DNA of 64,000 nt from Nitrospiraceae bacterium (GTDB lineage Bacteria > Nitrospirota > Nitrospiria > Nitrospirales > Nitrospiraceae), in contig JBBIQV010000001.1 of NCBI GenBank assembly GCA_037442105.1, positions 62,001 to 126,000 of the forward strand, in the 5' to 3' direction. Shown piece by piece: positions 40,457-50,230 of the stretch. The translations under genes were made by a program, and so were the position numbers. How positions within the stretch are numbered: the stretch's first letter is position 1; every line of letters starts with the position of its first letter. The notes beneath the pieces were generated by a model. It searched no databases and was not told the DNA's origin. It worked only from the letters and a program-made list of their open reading frames with translations.

Positions 40457-41737
40457 CTACTGCCCTGCTACCGTCACTTGTATTTTGCCCCTGTTGCCTA
40501 TTTGCTCAAGCGGAGGCTGGAGAAGGGGGGTCTGATCGCGATTGAGTTCTTCTGATGCGACCGAAACGACACCATTCCGTACATACTGAAACAATTCCGC
40601 GACCTCCACAGTGCCACTTTTGTCGCTATCCGCCTCCCCTCGCAGCCCCTTCAACACGTAGTAAGTAAAGAGACCATGTTGCTCCTTGTCGTAATCGGAA
40701 CTGATCTGTGTGCCGGTAGCGGCGGCGAGAATGGCAAGCTTTCCAGATGCCAGCACTGGATTCTCAATCGCAATACCCACCGGTCGAGCGCCTGATGGAA
40801 GCACTGATCTTCCGGAAGCCCCGGAAAAGCATGAATCGAGCATCACAACCACTTCCTTGGCCGGCAACCGTTCGAGATTCTCATACAGCCGATCAAGAGG
40901 ATAGAGTTTGTTTTGAAAATCGGGGTGGCCATCGTAGGGGAGGAGAAACGCTTTGCCTGTGGCCGGGTTCGGGGTTCCATGCCCCGCGTAATAGACAACC
41001 ACCGTCGTGTCCTTTGACACTCTGCGAGGCAGCCATTCTTCGACATAGGCTGAGAGATCGCTATGTGTCGCCCCCTCATCTGTGAGGACCTTTATTCTCG
41101 ATCGAGCAATACCGCTTATTGATTCCAAGTAAGCAGCCATGATTTCGGCATCACGTTTCGCATACCGCACCTGTGGGATTGCCTCGTCCCGATACTTTGA
41201 GATGCCGATGACAAGCGCAACCGCGTCCCGACTCTTGTCCAACTTCCTTGATTGTGGAATCGCATCCACATCACTGAGTTTTTTTGGAGTTTCCCGTAAC
41301 GCTTGCCTCTCGCCACCGCGACGTGAAGCGACGACCGTTTCTTTCTCCTCTGCAAATGGAGCGAGGGAGTAAAAGTACACAGGATCCAATCGATATGTCA
41401 GTCGCATAGAATCCCACTGGCGCGTGATGACCCTGATCACCGGTTCATACCCTTCCTTCCTTATCTCGATGGTGAAGGTCTTTTGTGAACCGGACGGATC
41501 ATGAAACGTGACAGGGCTGAGTCCGAGTTCTCGGCCATCCAGAAGAACCTTGGCACCGGATGGATCAGTCTTCACTACAACCTGTACAGAAGGGTCGCCG
41601 TGAACGATCGACATCGGCCCTCCCCCTATCCCGGACCCACATCCACCGACCAAGAGACCGGTGATGCCGAAGAGCATTGCGCGCACCCAGGTTGCAAGGG
41701 ACGAGATAGGCGTACATACCAAGCCTCTATTCGACAT
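40457..41737 (-). CDS. PEGA + caspase-family (peptidase C14) lipoprotein (start uncertain)
   Basis: LVGGC lipobox, TDPSGAKVLLDG PEGA, ALVIGISKY, YAGHG, LDSCFSG. Confidence 0.88.
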   Translation of the reverse strand: MSNRGLVCTPISSLATWVRAMLFGITGLLVGGCGSGIGGGPMSIVHGDPSVQVVVKTDPSGAKVLLDGRELGLSPVTFHDPSGSQKTFTIEIRKEGYEPVIRVITRQWDSMRLTYRLDPVYFYSLAPFAEEKETVVASRRGGERQALRETPKKLSDVDAIPQSRKLDKSRDAVALVIGISKYRDEAIPQVRYAKRDAEIMAAYLESISGIARSRIKVLTDEGATHSDLSAYVEEWLPRRVSKDTTVVVYYAGHGTPNPATGKAFLLPYDGHPDFQNKLYPLDRLYENLERLPAKEVVVMLDSCFSGASGRSVLPSGARPVGIAIENPVLASGKLAILAAATGTQISSDYDKEQHGLFTYYVLKGLRGEADSDKSGTVEVAELFQYVRNGVVSVASEELNRDQTPLLQPPLEQIGNRGKIQVTVAGQ

Positions 41738-41939
41738 TGCGTGTACCTTGTAGTACAAACCAGTGCTACCGGCGACTTTGCTCAAGCGAAGCTGGAAATC
41801 CAGCCGAACGATCCCCGATAGAGCCATTGGAAAAACTTCATCATCCCGTGGAAGATTCCTAGAGTCCCCTGTCTAACATCAGCCGCGATACTGTGCGAGT
41901 TCAACACTTTTGTCAAGGTGTTAAAATCTACTGCAATGT

Positions 41940-42299
41940 CTACTTTCTCACTTCATACAGAACAGTCATCTCGGCCCACTCCGCTTCATCCAGGAGAGAA
42001 AGCTCCTTGAGGAGGTCGGTAACCAGGGCCGTATCCTTTCCTGCATAGACTTGGTATACCCCCTCGCGGACTTTGCCTTTCATCAGATCAATCTGTTTCG
42101 TCGTCGCAATGACTTTGATCTTCTCCACGGCTTTCCTTTCGCCTTGGGGAGGGAAGACCCGGAGTCGAATCCCCATCGCCCTTTGCGAGTCATCAGGAAA
42201 GATCAATTCTTGCTCAGCCCGGACAGCATTGCTCGATGTGAACCGATTCGGGAGCAGCACGGTGACCGCATCATCTTGTCCGATGTTGAAGATATGCAA
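41940..42299 (-). pseudogene. 5'-truncated DUF4384 domain, diverged duplicate of the 3' end of 44430..45713
   Basis: LHIFNIGQDDAVTVLLPNRF identical to paralog; no RBS or ATG. Confidence 0.75.
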
Positions 42300-42379
42300 G
42301 AGACAGGGTCGGGTCTTGCCATCGCACAGTGGGGGAACGATCTGCGCCGGAAATGATTCCCGACCCTATTGCTCCGACG

Positions 42380-43825
42380 CTAGCGAGTTGCCCGTTCGAG
42401 GAGCCGCACCGTCTTGGCCACGACCGGATCGCCCAAGAGTTGCGGCGTCTGCTCCTGGTGCAGCTCCTTGCGCGCCGTCTGCTCGACCTGCGGCCGGACG
42501 TAGCGGTACAGTTCCTCCAAGCCGATCATCCCGTCCCGATCCTGGTCCGCCTCGCCCTTGAGCCCCTTGAGGAGAAAATAGGTGAGGAGCCCGTGCCCTT
42601 GCGAAAGGATCGTGCCGGAGACCTGGGTGCCGGTGCTCGCCGTCAACGCTACGACCTTTCCACCGGCCAGAAGAGAGTGTTCCGGGACCAGAACCACCGG
42701 CCGCATGCCTGGGGCCAACACCGAACGGCCGCCCGCTCCGGAAAAACAGGCATCCAGCACCACAATGACTTCCTTGGCCGGCAACTTCGCCAGATGCCCA
42801 TACAACCGTGTCACCGGGTACCCCGTCGCCTCGATGAAGGCCGGATCGCCGTCGTAGGGAACCAGGTACGGCTCGCCGGTCTTGGGATTCGGCGCGCCGT
42901 GGCCGGAGAAATAGACCAGCACCGTATCGTCCGGCCCCACGCGATCCGGCAGCCAGTGCTCGACATACTTCTCGAGGTCCGCCTTGGCGGCCCGGTCGTC
43001 CCGCAGCACCGCCACCTGGTGCGCCGGATAGCCCATCGCCCGGAGCAGATAGGTCTCCACCGTCTCGGCATCGCGGGCGGCGAACTCGGCGGGCGGCAGG
43101 GCATTCCGGTACCGTTCGATCCCCACAACCACCGCATGGGCCTTGGGCTGAGGCGACGGCGTCCCGGTCGGCGGAACATCCACCGCACTGCGTGGAGGAG
43201 CAGGCCTGGTCGGAGCGGCCACGGACGGCAGACGTGGAGGCGCCGATGGTCCCGCCAGCGCCGCCTCCAGCATCTGCACGATCGAGGCGCGCCCCTGACG
43301 GCGCGCCACATCGAGGGGGGTCTCGCCGGTCCGGTCTTTCACGCCTACATAGGCATCATGGGCGAGCAAGAGCGCAATGATTCCGGCATGGCCCTGCTCT
43401 GCGGCCAAGTGCAGCGGCGTACGCTGGTCTTGATTCCGTGCCGCCACATGCGCGCCCTTCTCCAGCAGGAGCCGCGCCACGACTTCGTGGCCCTTCCAGG
43501 CAGCCCCGTGCAGGGGCGTCACCCCATCTTTCGTAGCCGCGTTGACATGCGCCCCCTTTTCCAGCAGGAGCCGCGCCACGGCTTCGTGGCCTTCAAGGGC
43601 AGCCCCGTACAGGGGCGTCCACCCATCTTCCGTAGCCGCGTTGACGGTCGCCCCTTGCTTGAGGAGCGTCTCCATCTGCGCAAGGTTGCCCTCGCGAGCC
43701 GCTTGGAGAAGCTGCTCGTCCTGTGGAGCGAGGCCCGTGAGCACTCCCCATGTGGCAATCAAGCCGATGCTCGCCAGCCACTTGGCTCGTAGTTTCCATC
43801 TTGCGGTGCATATCGTCGTCTGCAT
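42380..43825 (-). CDS. Ankyrin-repeat + caspase-family (peptidase C14) exported protein
   Basis: TPLH/TPLY ankyrin repeats, AVVVGIERY, FSGHG, LDACFSG; GGGAGGG RBS. Confidence 0.9.
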   Translation of the reverse strand: MQTTICTARWKLRAKWLASIGLIATWGVLTGLAPQDEQLLQAAREGNLAQMETLLKQGATVNAATEDGWTPLYGAALEGHEAVARLLLEKGAHVNAATKDGVTPLHGAAWKGHEVVARLLLEKGAHVAARNQDQRTPLHLAAEQGHAGIIALLLAHDAYVGVKDRTGETPLDVARRQGRASIVQMLEAALAGPSAPPRLPSVAAPTRPAPPRSAVDVPPTGTPSPQPKAHAVVVGIERYRNALPPAEFAARDAETVETYLLRAMGYPAHQVAVLRDDRAAKADLEKYVEHWLPDRVGPDDTVLVYFSGHGAPNPKTGEPYLVPYDGDPAFIEATGYPVTRLYGHLAKLPAKEVIVVLDACFSGAGGRSVLAPGMRPVVLVPEHSLLAGGKVVALTASTGTQVSGTILSQGHGLLTYFLLKGLKGEADQDRDGMIGLEELYRYVRPQVEQTARKELHQEQTPQLLGDPVVAKTVRLLERATR

Positions 43826-43863
43826 GATGGCGCCCTCCCCGTCGACTGCTCAATTAGAAAACG

Positions 43864-43943
43864 AAAAAGGGGTCGGTCGACGAAAAAGGGGTCGGGAGTC
43901 TTAATTGCCACAGCGCCGTCTAGAAAAGACTCCCGACCCCTTT
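43864..43943. repeat. REP-like inverted repeat
   Basis: aaaggggtcgggagtctt ... aagactcccgaccccttt, with a partial tandem copy of the left arm. Confidence 0.75.
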
Positions 43944-44116
43944 CTCTCTTCTGAACCTCCTCTCTGTGGTGGGTACACAGCACGCCTCCATGACGTGACG
44001 TTATCCTCCACGTGAGGAGCCTTCGAGATGATTATCAGGAGTCATTGTTTTGGCCTTGCGAAGCGACTGCTGTTGCGTGACTCGGCTCTCGTCCCTACGC
44101 TCCGATCGGAGAAATG

Positions 44117-44256
44117 AGGGGCAGAGTGCAATTTCCGAGCGCAATTTCTTTTGGCCGAGGCAGACGCGTCATGGTCGCGAGACCGTGCAACCCAATAAGG
44201 TACGCAACCTACATTATTGCTGACCTTACTGTCGGTGAAATTGTTCTCTGACCCTA
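44117..44256. repeat. REP doublet-like inverted repeat
   Basis: aggggcagagtgcaatttc ... gaaattgttctctgacccta. Confidence 0.6.
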
Positions 44257-44407
44257 ACCCGCATTATTCATGAGCGCTTCTGCTGTAACCGCGCATTCGC
44301 TGCTGCGACAAGCCTTCGGCGGGCAGGCTCGCGACGCGACTGCGCCTGCCTGTGCGGACACGCAGACAGGCGATTTCGCGACGAACCGTCATGAATAATG
44401 CGGGCTA
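44255..44407. mobile_element. About 150-bp MITE-like element with nested palindromes
   Basis: Terminal repeats TAACCCGCATTATTCATGA / TCATGAATAATGCGGGCTA; internal cctgcctgtgcggacacgcagacagg. Confidence 0.75.
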
Positions 44408-44429
44408 ATATCATCTTCGACACTCCCGT

Positions 44430-45713
44430 CTATCTTCTCACTTCGTATGGAACGGTGACCTCCGCCCATTCCGACTCATCCAGATGGGCCAGCTCCCTCA
44501 GCAGATCGGTGATGAGGGCGGTATCTTTCCCCGTGTAGACTTGATACACCCCTTCCTGGATCTTGCCTTTCATGAACTCTATCGGCTTCGTCGTCGCAAT
44601 GAGCTTCATTTTTTCCACGGCCTTTTGGGTGCCCGCTGGGGGAAAGACCCGCAGCCGAATGCCCAGGCTGCGTTGCTCTTCGTCCGGGAAGACAAGTTCC
44701 TGGTGAGCACGCAGCACGTTGCGGTGGACGAAGCGATTCGGCAGCAGGACAGTGACGGCATCATCTTGTCCAATGTTGAAGATGTGCAGATACGCATCCC
44801 TCGTGGCAACCGCCCGGATCTGCATCTCCTCCCCTTCACTGAACACCGTCTTATTGAGGTCCGCCTTGACGGCAAAGTCACCTCGCCGTTCTATTCGCAC
44901 CGGCTTCACTTTGGCTTTGAGCTTGGTGGCATAGAGCAGCGCGGGGGCTCCTGTCTCCTGACCAAGCTGGCGCACCCCCTCTTCTAGGATCTGTTCTTCC
45001 ACGACGATGCCCCGAACCAGAGAGTGGACGAGATCCTCGGCCACTTGCGCGTTATACACCACCCTTTGACCTTTCACGAACACTCCCACAGCTTGCTCGA
45101 TAGCCTTCCGCCGAGCTTCATCCCGCGCACGGGTCTTGGCTTCCGCCAAGGTCGTATCTGGTCCGAACGGAGCCACTCCTTCGCTCGTCACCCAGACCGG
45201 TTCCTTCCTCTCCAGTTGCTCTTGAAGCCCGGATTCCTCCGGCGTTGTCGCGCTCTCTGAGAAACGGAGAATCCGCGCCACCTCTGATCGGGGTACTACC
45301 GCCACGGCATAGGCGTGTCCGGTCGAAGGGTCCTTGCCCCGGTCAACAATCTCGACGCCCTGTACGAGTTCTTCAACCCGGCTTTCAAGGACACGGGACA
45401 CTTCTTGCTCCGCATGGCCCCCGCGCTCGCGGAGCAGATCGGTCCACACAACCTTCACGGCCACTCTCGCCTGTTTCAGAAGATCGGCACGGGCCAGTTC
45501 CGTTGCTGCCGTATCCGACTCTGCCTCCCCCATCCCTACGAGGAACTGGTTACTTGGATACTGCTGGGAGACCTTCGCGAATCTGGAATGATCTCGTTCC
45601 TTTGAAGCAGGGGGAGATGAGAGCTGGGACTCTGGCGTGGTTGGCGGCGTAGCGCAAGCGACGAGAATTCCGATGGCGACACATCCGATGATGGCAGCAC
45701 TCGCTCGCATCAT
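44430..45713 (-). CDS. Lipoprotein with LPP20-like, FlgT-N-like and DUF4384 domains
   Basis: Lipobox LVAC; ARRKAIEQAVGV; YLHIFNI...VTVLLPN. Confidence 0.8.
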   Translation of the reverse strand: MMRASAAIIGCVAIGILVACATPPTTPESQLSSPPASKERDHSRFAKVSQQYPSNQFLVGMGEAESDTAATELARADLLKQARVAVKVVWTDLLRERGGHAEQEVSRVLESRVEELVQGVEIVDRGKDPSTGHAYAVAVVPRSEVARILRFSESATTPEESGLQEQLERKEPVWVTSEGVAPFGPDTTLAEAKTRARDEARRKAIEQAVGVFVKGQRVVYNAQVAEDLVHSLVRGIVVEEQILEEGVRQLGQETGAPALLYATKLKAKVKPVRIERRGDFAVKADLNKTVFSEGEEMQIRAVATRDAYLHIFNIGQDDAVTVLLPNRFVHRNVLRAHQELVFPDEEQRSLGIRLRVFPPAGTQKAVEKMKLIATTKPIEFMKGKIQEGVYQVYTGKDTALITDLLRELAHLDESEWAEVTVPYEVRR

Positions 45714-46167
45714 TGGCCTGTTGGAGCTTTCCTGAGAGAGAACGCCTACCGTGTCAAGCTGTCGGCACGACGTATTATAGACTGAGAAGACACTCTAAAG
45801 GAAAGACAAGTGAGAGATAATTCTACTCCGGGGTGAGGTGGCTTTCTCCTTTAGGGTGTGATGGCACACAGAAACCTTGTGGGCACCAGGCGATCTACGG
45901 CTCCCTTCCCATGTGAAGGATCGTACAGCAAGACCTGAGAACAGGTATGTCCTCTGCGACGATCCCGCACTCTTCGTTCCAATGTGTCGGCTGGCGAGAC
46001 CAGCCCGCACCCCTTGGACCCAATAATTCAGAAGGTCCCTTTTCCTGTCTGCCCGCCTGTCCTCCCCGCCCCCTTTCCTCTTCTCCGGATAGGCTTCATA
46101 ATGAGTTTAGAATTGAGCGACAATTATAAAGTGACTGTTATGATAAAACGTGTGTACACTAGCCGAC

Positions 46168-47412
46168 ATGTTCAGCCGCTGGTACGCCAAACCGCTGGCC
46201 GACAAACTGAATCGCCCCTTCGTCCACTTGTTGTTCGGCGCCCGGCAGACGGGAAAGTCCACGCTGCTCCGAGCCTTGTTGCCTGACGATACGCTGGTCT
46301 TCGATCTGGCCGATCCCGGGGAGCGTTCGCGGCTGTTGGCCAAGCCGGAGTTGTTCGTTCAGGCATGCCGGGCCTTGCCGGCCGATCGAAAGGGCCAGCC
46401 GGTCTTGGTAGATGAAGCCCAGACCGTGCCGGCGTTGTTCGACGCAGTCCAGCACTTGTACGACACGGACAAGCAGCACTGGCGTTTCGTGCTGTGCGGG
46501 AGTTCCGCGCGCAAGTTGCGGGTGACAGGCGCCAATCTCTTGCCGGGCCGCAGTTTCCTCCATCGACTGTATCCACTGACGCTCACCGAGCATCCCCCGT
46601 CACCCCAACCCCCCAGACACGCGGAATCCCCCCTGCCCTTGCCGTGGCCGACCGGACGTACGCCGGAACACCGGTTTCCGGCGTGGGAGTTGGAGCCTCG
46701 GCTGGCCTATGGCGCATTGCCTGGGATCGTGGCGAGCGAACCGCGGGATCGGCCGGAGTTGCTGAAAGCCTTCGCCGTCGTCCATCTGGAAGAAGAGATT
46801 CGGCGCGAGGCGTTGGTGCGGGACTGGGGCGCATTCGTGCGTTTCCTCCAATTGGCGGCCCGTGAATCGGGACAGGTGCTCAACTATGCCGCGATCTCGC
46901 GGGAAGCGGGCATTTCCCAGCCGACGGTGAAAGGCTACTACCAACTGCTGGAGGACATGTTCGTCGGCTTCCGGGTGCCCGCCTACGGGCGCAGTTCTCG
47001 CAAGAACCTGCTGTCCACCCCGAAGTTCCTGTTGTTCGACCTCGGGGTCCGGCACACGGCCGCCGGCCTCACGCCATCCGAGGCCTTGGTACAGGCCGAC
47101 CCCGGGCCGCTGCTGGAACAATGGGTCGGCATCGAGCTGTGGAAGCGGCTCCAGTATCTCGGCGACGGAGGGCTGTACTACCAGCGAACGCGCGATGGGG
47201 CCGAAGTGGACTTCATCGTGGAGCATGGTGGTCGCCTCACGCCCATCGAGGTCAAGTGGTCGGAGCATCCGACCGTCTCGGATGCGCGGCATGTGTTGAC
47301 CTTCATCGGCGAGCATCCCCGGCAAGCCCATCATGGATATGTCATCTGCCGGTGCCCCCGCCCGTTGCAGTTGCACGACAAGATCACGGCGCTCCCCTGG
47401 TTTTGCCTGTGA
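46168..47412 (+). CDS. AAA_14 ATPase with DUF4143 (PD-(D/E)xK-like) C-terminus
   Basis: GARQTGKS, VDEAQ, GSSA, PKFLLFDLG, EVDFI...IEVK. Confidence 0.9.
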   Translation: MFSRWYAKPLADKLNRPFVHLLFGARQTGKSTLLRALLPDDTLVFDLADPGERSRLLAKPELFVQACRALPADRKGQPVLVDEAQTVPALFDAVQHLYDTDKQHWRFVLCGSSARKLRVTGANLLPGRSFLHRLYPLTLTEHPPSPQPPRHAESPLPLPWPTGRTPEHRFPAWELEPRLAYGALPGIVASEPRDRPELLKAFAVVHLEEEIRREALVRDWGAFVRFLQLAARESGQVLNYAAISREAGISQPTVKGYYQLLEDMFVGFRVPAYGRSSRKNLLSTPKFLLFDLGVRHTAAGLTPSEALVQADPGPLLEQWVGIELWKRLQYLGDGGLYYQRTRDGAEVDFIVEHGGRLTPIEVKWSEHPTVSDARHVLTFIGEHPRQAHHGYVICRCPRPLQLHDKITALPWFCL

Positions 47413-47923
47413 CGCCTTCTGTGACCAAAAACGATTCCCGCCCCGCTCTTCTCCTCCCATCGACGGCTCCTTCGTGACCCATACTCGCTGTCCACGAACA
47501 ACCTCATCGAACGCCCCGGGACCACGGACCGGCCCTCGGCCCCTCCTTTTCCTCCTCCTGCGCCCCTTTGACTGGTCCAGACCTTCCTTAAGAGTAGACT
47601 TTTCAAACCATTTCCAGCAGTTCAGTAAAACGCGTTCTTTTACTGCTCGTATCGCGAGGAACTTCACTGCATCCAAGATGGGGGGTATCCCCTCATCCAC
47701 GCACGATCTGCGAGCGTGATTCCGCAAAAGCTCTCGCCCGGCATGAACGATCGACAAAGGGCTGAGGACAAACTTTGTGGCGGTGAAAACCTTGGCGAGC
47801 AATCTGATTGAGACGGGGACGTTCCTCAGCGAGAGGCTGGCCACTTGTCACCTCGGCTGCCGACAAGAAGGCCACCTATTTCCCTTAGATCAAGTCAATA
47901 AAGGCGAGGTCTTTCGCCACCGA

Positions 47924-48110
47924 TTAGGATATGCTTCGGGGCCACTCCCTCCTTCTCAAGGACAAGGAGGCCCAGGCAACGTGGCAACGTAAATCGTTTC
48001 GGTCCCGCCGAGCCGGGATTGAAGAGCAGCGTTGTGCCCAACCACTCTGCTTTCGGCCGGTGAGTGTGGCCGAAGATGCAGATGTCCGATTACTCACAGT
48101 CCAAAGGGAA
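47924..48110 (-). pseudogene. C-terminal remnant of YfcE-type metallophosphoesterase
   Basis: LDCE*SDICIFGHTHRP...LLFNPGSAGPKRFTLPR; paralog of 49634..50227 with in-frame TAA. Confidence 0.8.
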
Positions 48111-48140
48111 TAGCCGCATTCGTTGGTGTTTCTTCACCGC

Positions 48141-48169
48141 TTGACGTTATCGAACTAGTTGATTAAGCT
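48141..48169 (+). promoter_or_regulatory. TA operon sigma70 promoter
   Basis: TTGACG-17 bp-TAAGCT with palindrome AACTAGTT in the spacer. Confidence 0.55.
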
Positions 48170-48198
48170 GGTTGAATAATTCTGAGCGTGGAGGCCCC

Positions 48199-48453
48199 AT
48201 GAGCACGAAACCGGCTGAGGTCAGCGCCTTCGAGGCCAAGACGCGGCTGTCAGAACTCTTGCGAGAAACGGAAGCTGGACGCTCCTTTGTGATCCGGCGG
48301 CGAGGCAAGGAAGTGGCTCAACTCATCCCGCCCCACAAAGGCAAGAACCAGTTCTCCCCCAAGGATGTCGCAGCATCGTTCCGGGCCATCCGTCTCCGCA
48401 TCAAGGGACCGCTCAAGGTCCGCGCGCTGATTGAGGAAGGACGGCGCTTCTGA
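48199..48453 (+). CDS. Phd/YefM antitoxin
   Basis: FEAKTRLSELL...IRRRGKEVAQLIP. Confidence 0.9.
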   Translation: MSTKPAEVSAFEAKTRLSELLRETEAGRSFVIRRRGKEVAQLIPPHKGKNQFSPKDVAASFRAIRLRIKGPLKVRALIEEGRRF

Positions 48454-48869
48454 TGGAGTGGGTGCTGGACTGTTCCGTGGCCCTGGCATGGGCACTCCCG
48501 GATGAAGCCGCCGGCAAATCCACGAGATTTCTCGAATCGCTGGACCCGAACGATCGGCTCTGGGTCCCGGCGCTTTGGTGGTACGAACTGTCCAACGGGC
48601 TCGTCGTCGCCCAGCGGCGGCATCGGCTGACCGAAGCCGAGCGCTTACGACTGACTCAGCTCTACGAGACTCTTCCGATTCACACCGACGCCCATTTGAA
48701 CGCCGATACGGCGTGGCGATTTCAAACTATCGCCAAAGCAGAAGGCCTGTCGGCTTACGATGCCGCTTACTTGGAATTGGCTCAGCGCAGGGGCATCGGG
48801 CTCGCGACGCTCGACAAGCATCTCACCACTGCCGCCCGCAAGGCGGGCGTTCACGTCCCACACCTGTGA
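48453..48869 (+). CDS. VapC PIN-domain toxin
   Basis: VLDCSVALAW, LSAYDAAYLELA, LATLD. Confidence 0.9.
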   Translation: MEWVLDCSVALAWALPDEAAGKSTRFLESLDPNDRLWVPALWWYELSNGLVVAQRRHRLTEAERLRLTQLYETLPIHTDAHLNADTAWRFQTIAKAEGLSAYDAAYLELAQRRGIGLATLDKHLTTAARKAGVHVPHL

Positions 48870-48902
48870 CGGCGTCTCTCCCATTGAATTTTGACCAGAG
48901 TC

Positions 48903-49400
48903 TTAGCTGTCGGAGGGCGTTCGGCCTTCGCGTTCTTCGAGCAGTGCTTCCAACTCGGCCACCGCTTCGAGATCGTGCGGCCTTCCGGCTGCCCGCTTGA
49001 CTTCGATCAAGCGTTTGAGGCCGAGACAGCGGCAAGAGGCCCCGAATACGGTGATGGTGATCGCGTGAGGGATTAAGTCCTCGTAACGGCCCCCCTCGGG
49101 AATTTCTCCGAAGAGATCAAGATCTCCCAGATCGGTCGTGAGCGTAAAATTCAGGCCGCGCTGGATTGTCTGCGCATCCAGCTGAAAGGGCAACCCGGGG
49201 GGCGCGCCCCGCAGGTACGGTTTGTGGGGAGCGAGACAGGCGGCGAGCTTCTCGATATTGCCTGGGGTACGACCATAGACGACGTCGAGGTCTTCGGTCA
49301 GTCGGGCCGAACCGTGAGTGGTCGCCGCGGCCCCTCCGATAATGATGAAGTCGATGTTGTGCTTGACCAGGAGTCGAATGAGGGTCTCGAAATCCGTCAT
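48903..49400 (-). CDS. Nucleotidyltransferase-fold protein
   Basis: IIGGAA..HG..RLTEDLD; KRAAGRPHD. Confidence 0.8.
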   Translation of the reverse strand: MTDFETLIRLLVKHNIDFIIIGGAAATTHGSARLTEDLDVVYGRTPGNIEKLAACLAPHKPYLRGAPPGLPFQLDAQTIQRGLNFTLTTDLGDLDLFGEIPEGGRYEDLIPHAITITVFGASCRCLGLKRLIEVKRAAGRPHDLEAVAELEALLEEREGRTPSDS

Positions 49401-49612
49401 GGGGCGCTGGCCGAGCCGGCTTTGCGCAGCTCAGTGGCGAACCGTTGAAGATTGCGCAACTTCAGGAATCGCTGCTCGACCGTCAATTTCAAGTTTTCTC
49501 GGAGCAACGTCCGGTCGAGATCCCGTTTGTACGCTTCAACTACCGGGTCCGGCTGGAGTCTTGTGGCGCTCTTGTGCTCGCTAGATTCCTCATGGCTGGT
49601 TTTTATCGTCAT
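49397..49612 (-). CDS. Small partner protein of the nucleotidyltransferase
   Basis: DRTLLRENLKLTVEQR; ATGA overlap with next gene. Confidence 0.7.
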   Translation of the reverse strand: MTIKTSHEESSEHKSATRLQPDPVVEAYKRDLDRTLLRENLKLTVEQRFLKLRNLQRFATELRKAGSASAP

Positions 49613-49633
49613 GTTCGGCCCGCTCCGAAAAGT

Positions 49634-50227
49634 TTAGCACTTTCTTCCGCGCTGCTTCAACGCGGGCTTGCTTTCAACACCTTTATGCCCTCTCGCACGT
49701 GGATGCTCAGCCGCGCGGGTCGCAAATTGACCGGACATGGTTTGCCCTGCCTGGTCGGCCAACGCGACGAGGCGAGCCTCAAGCGTGCCATTGGTGATGG
49801 TGACAATACCGATTCCTCGCGGCAGCGTAAATCGTTTCGGTCCCGCCGATCCGGGATTGAACAGCAGCGTCTTGCCGAACCATTCGACTCTGGGCTGATG
49901 CGTGTGGCCGAAGATGCAGATGTCGGGCTGCTCCCGTTCCAGAAACAGGCGGCCTTCTTTGGTCATCTTCCTGCCTTCATAGAGGATGTGACGGATGGCG
50001 ATCCGTCGGCCGGCCAGCTCGATCAGCGTCTCCGGCGGAACACCGCTGCGCCCATATTCGTCCACATTCCCCGACACAGCGGTGACCGGCGCGATGGTTT
50101 CGAGTTGCGTGATGACCGACCGGTCCCCGATGTCGCCCGCATGGACGATATGATCGACTCCGCGAAAGAGTCGGATGATCGCCCGATCGAACAGCCCATG
50201 CGTATCCGCAATTACGCCGATGCGCAT
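49634..50227 (-). CDS. YfcE-family metallophosphoesterase
   Basis: ADTHG, HAGD, GNVD, GHTH, NPGS. Confidence 0.92.
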   Translation of the reverse strand: MRIGVIADTHGLFDRAIIRLFRGVDHIVHAGDIGDRSVITQLETIAPVTAVSGNVDEYGRSGVPPETLIELAGRRIAIRHILYEGRKMTKEGRLFLEREQPDICIFGHTHQPRVEWFGKTLLFNPGSAGPKRFTLPRGIGIVTITNGTLEARLVALADQAGQTMSGQFATRAAEHPRARGHKGVESKPALKQRGRKC

Positions 50228-50230
50228 GCG

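Noticed and set aside
43452..43655. About 99-bp direct DNA repeat
   Set aside because: Explained by tandem ankyrin repeats.
42329..43792. 487-aa plus-strand ORF (likewise 10397..11452, 46600..47844, 49445..50566, 26054..27019)
   Set aside because: Antisense shadows of well-supported genes in GC-rich DNA, with no recognisable motifs.
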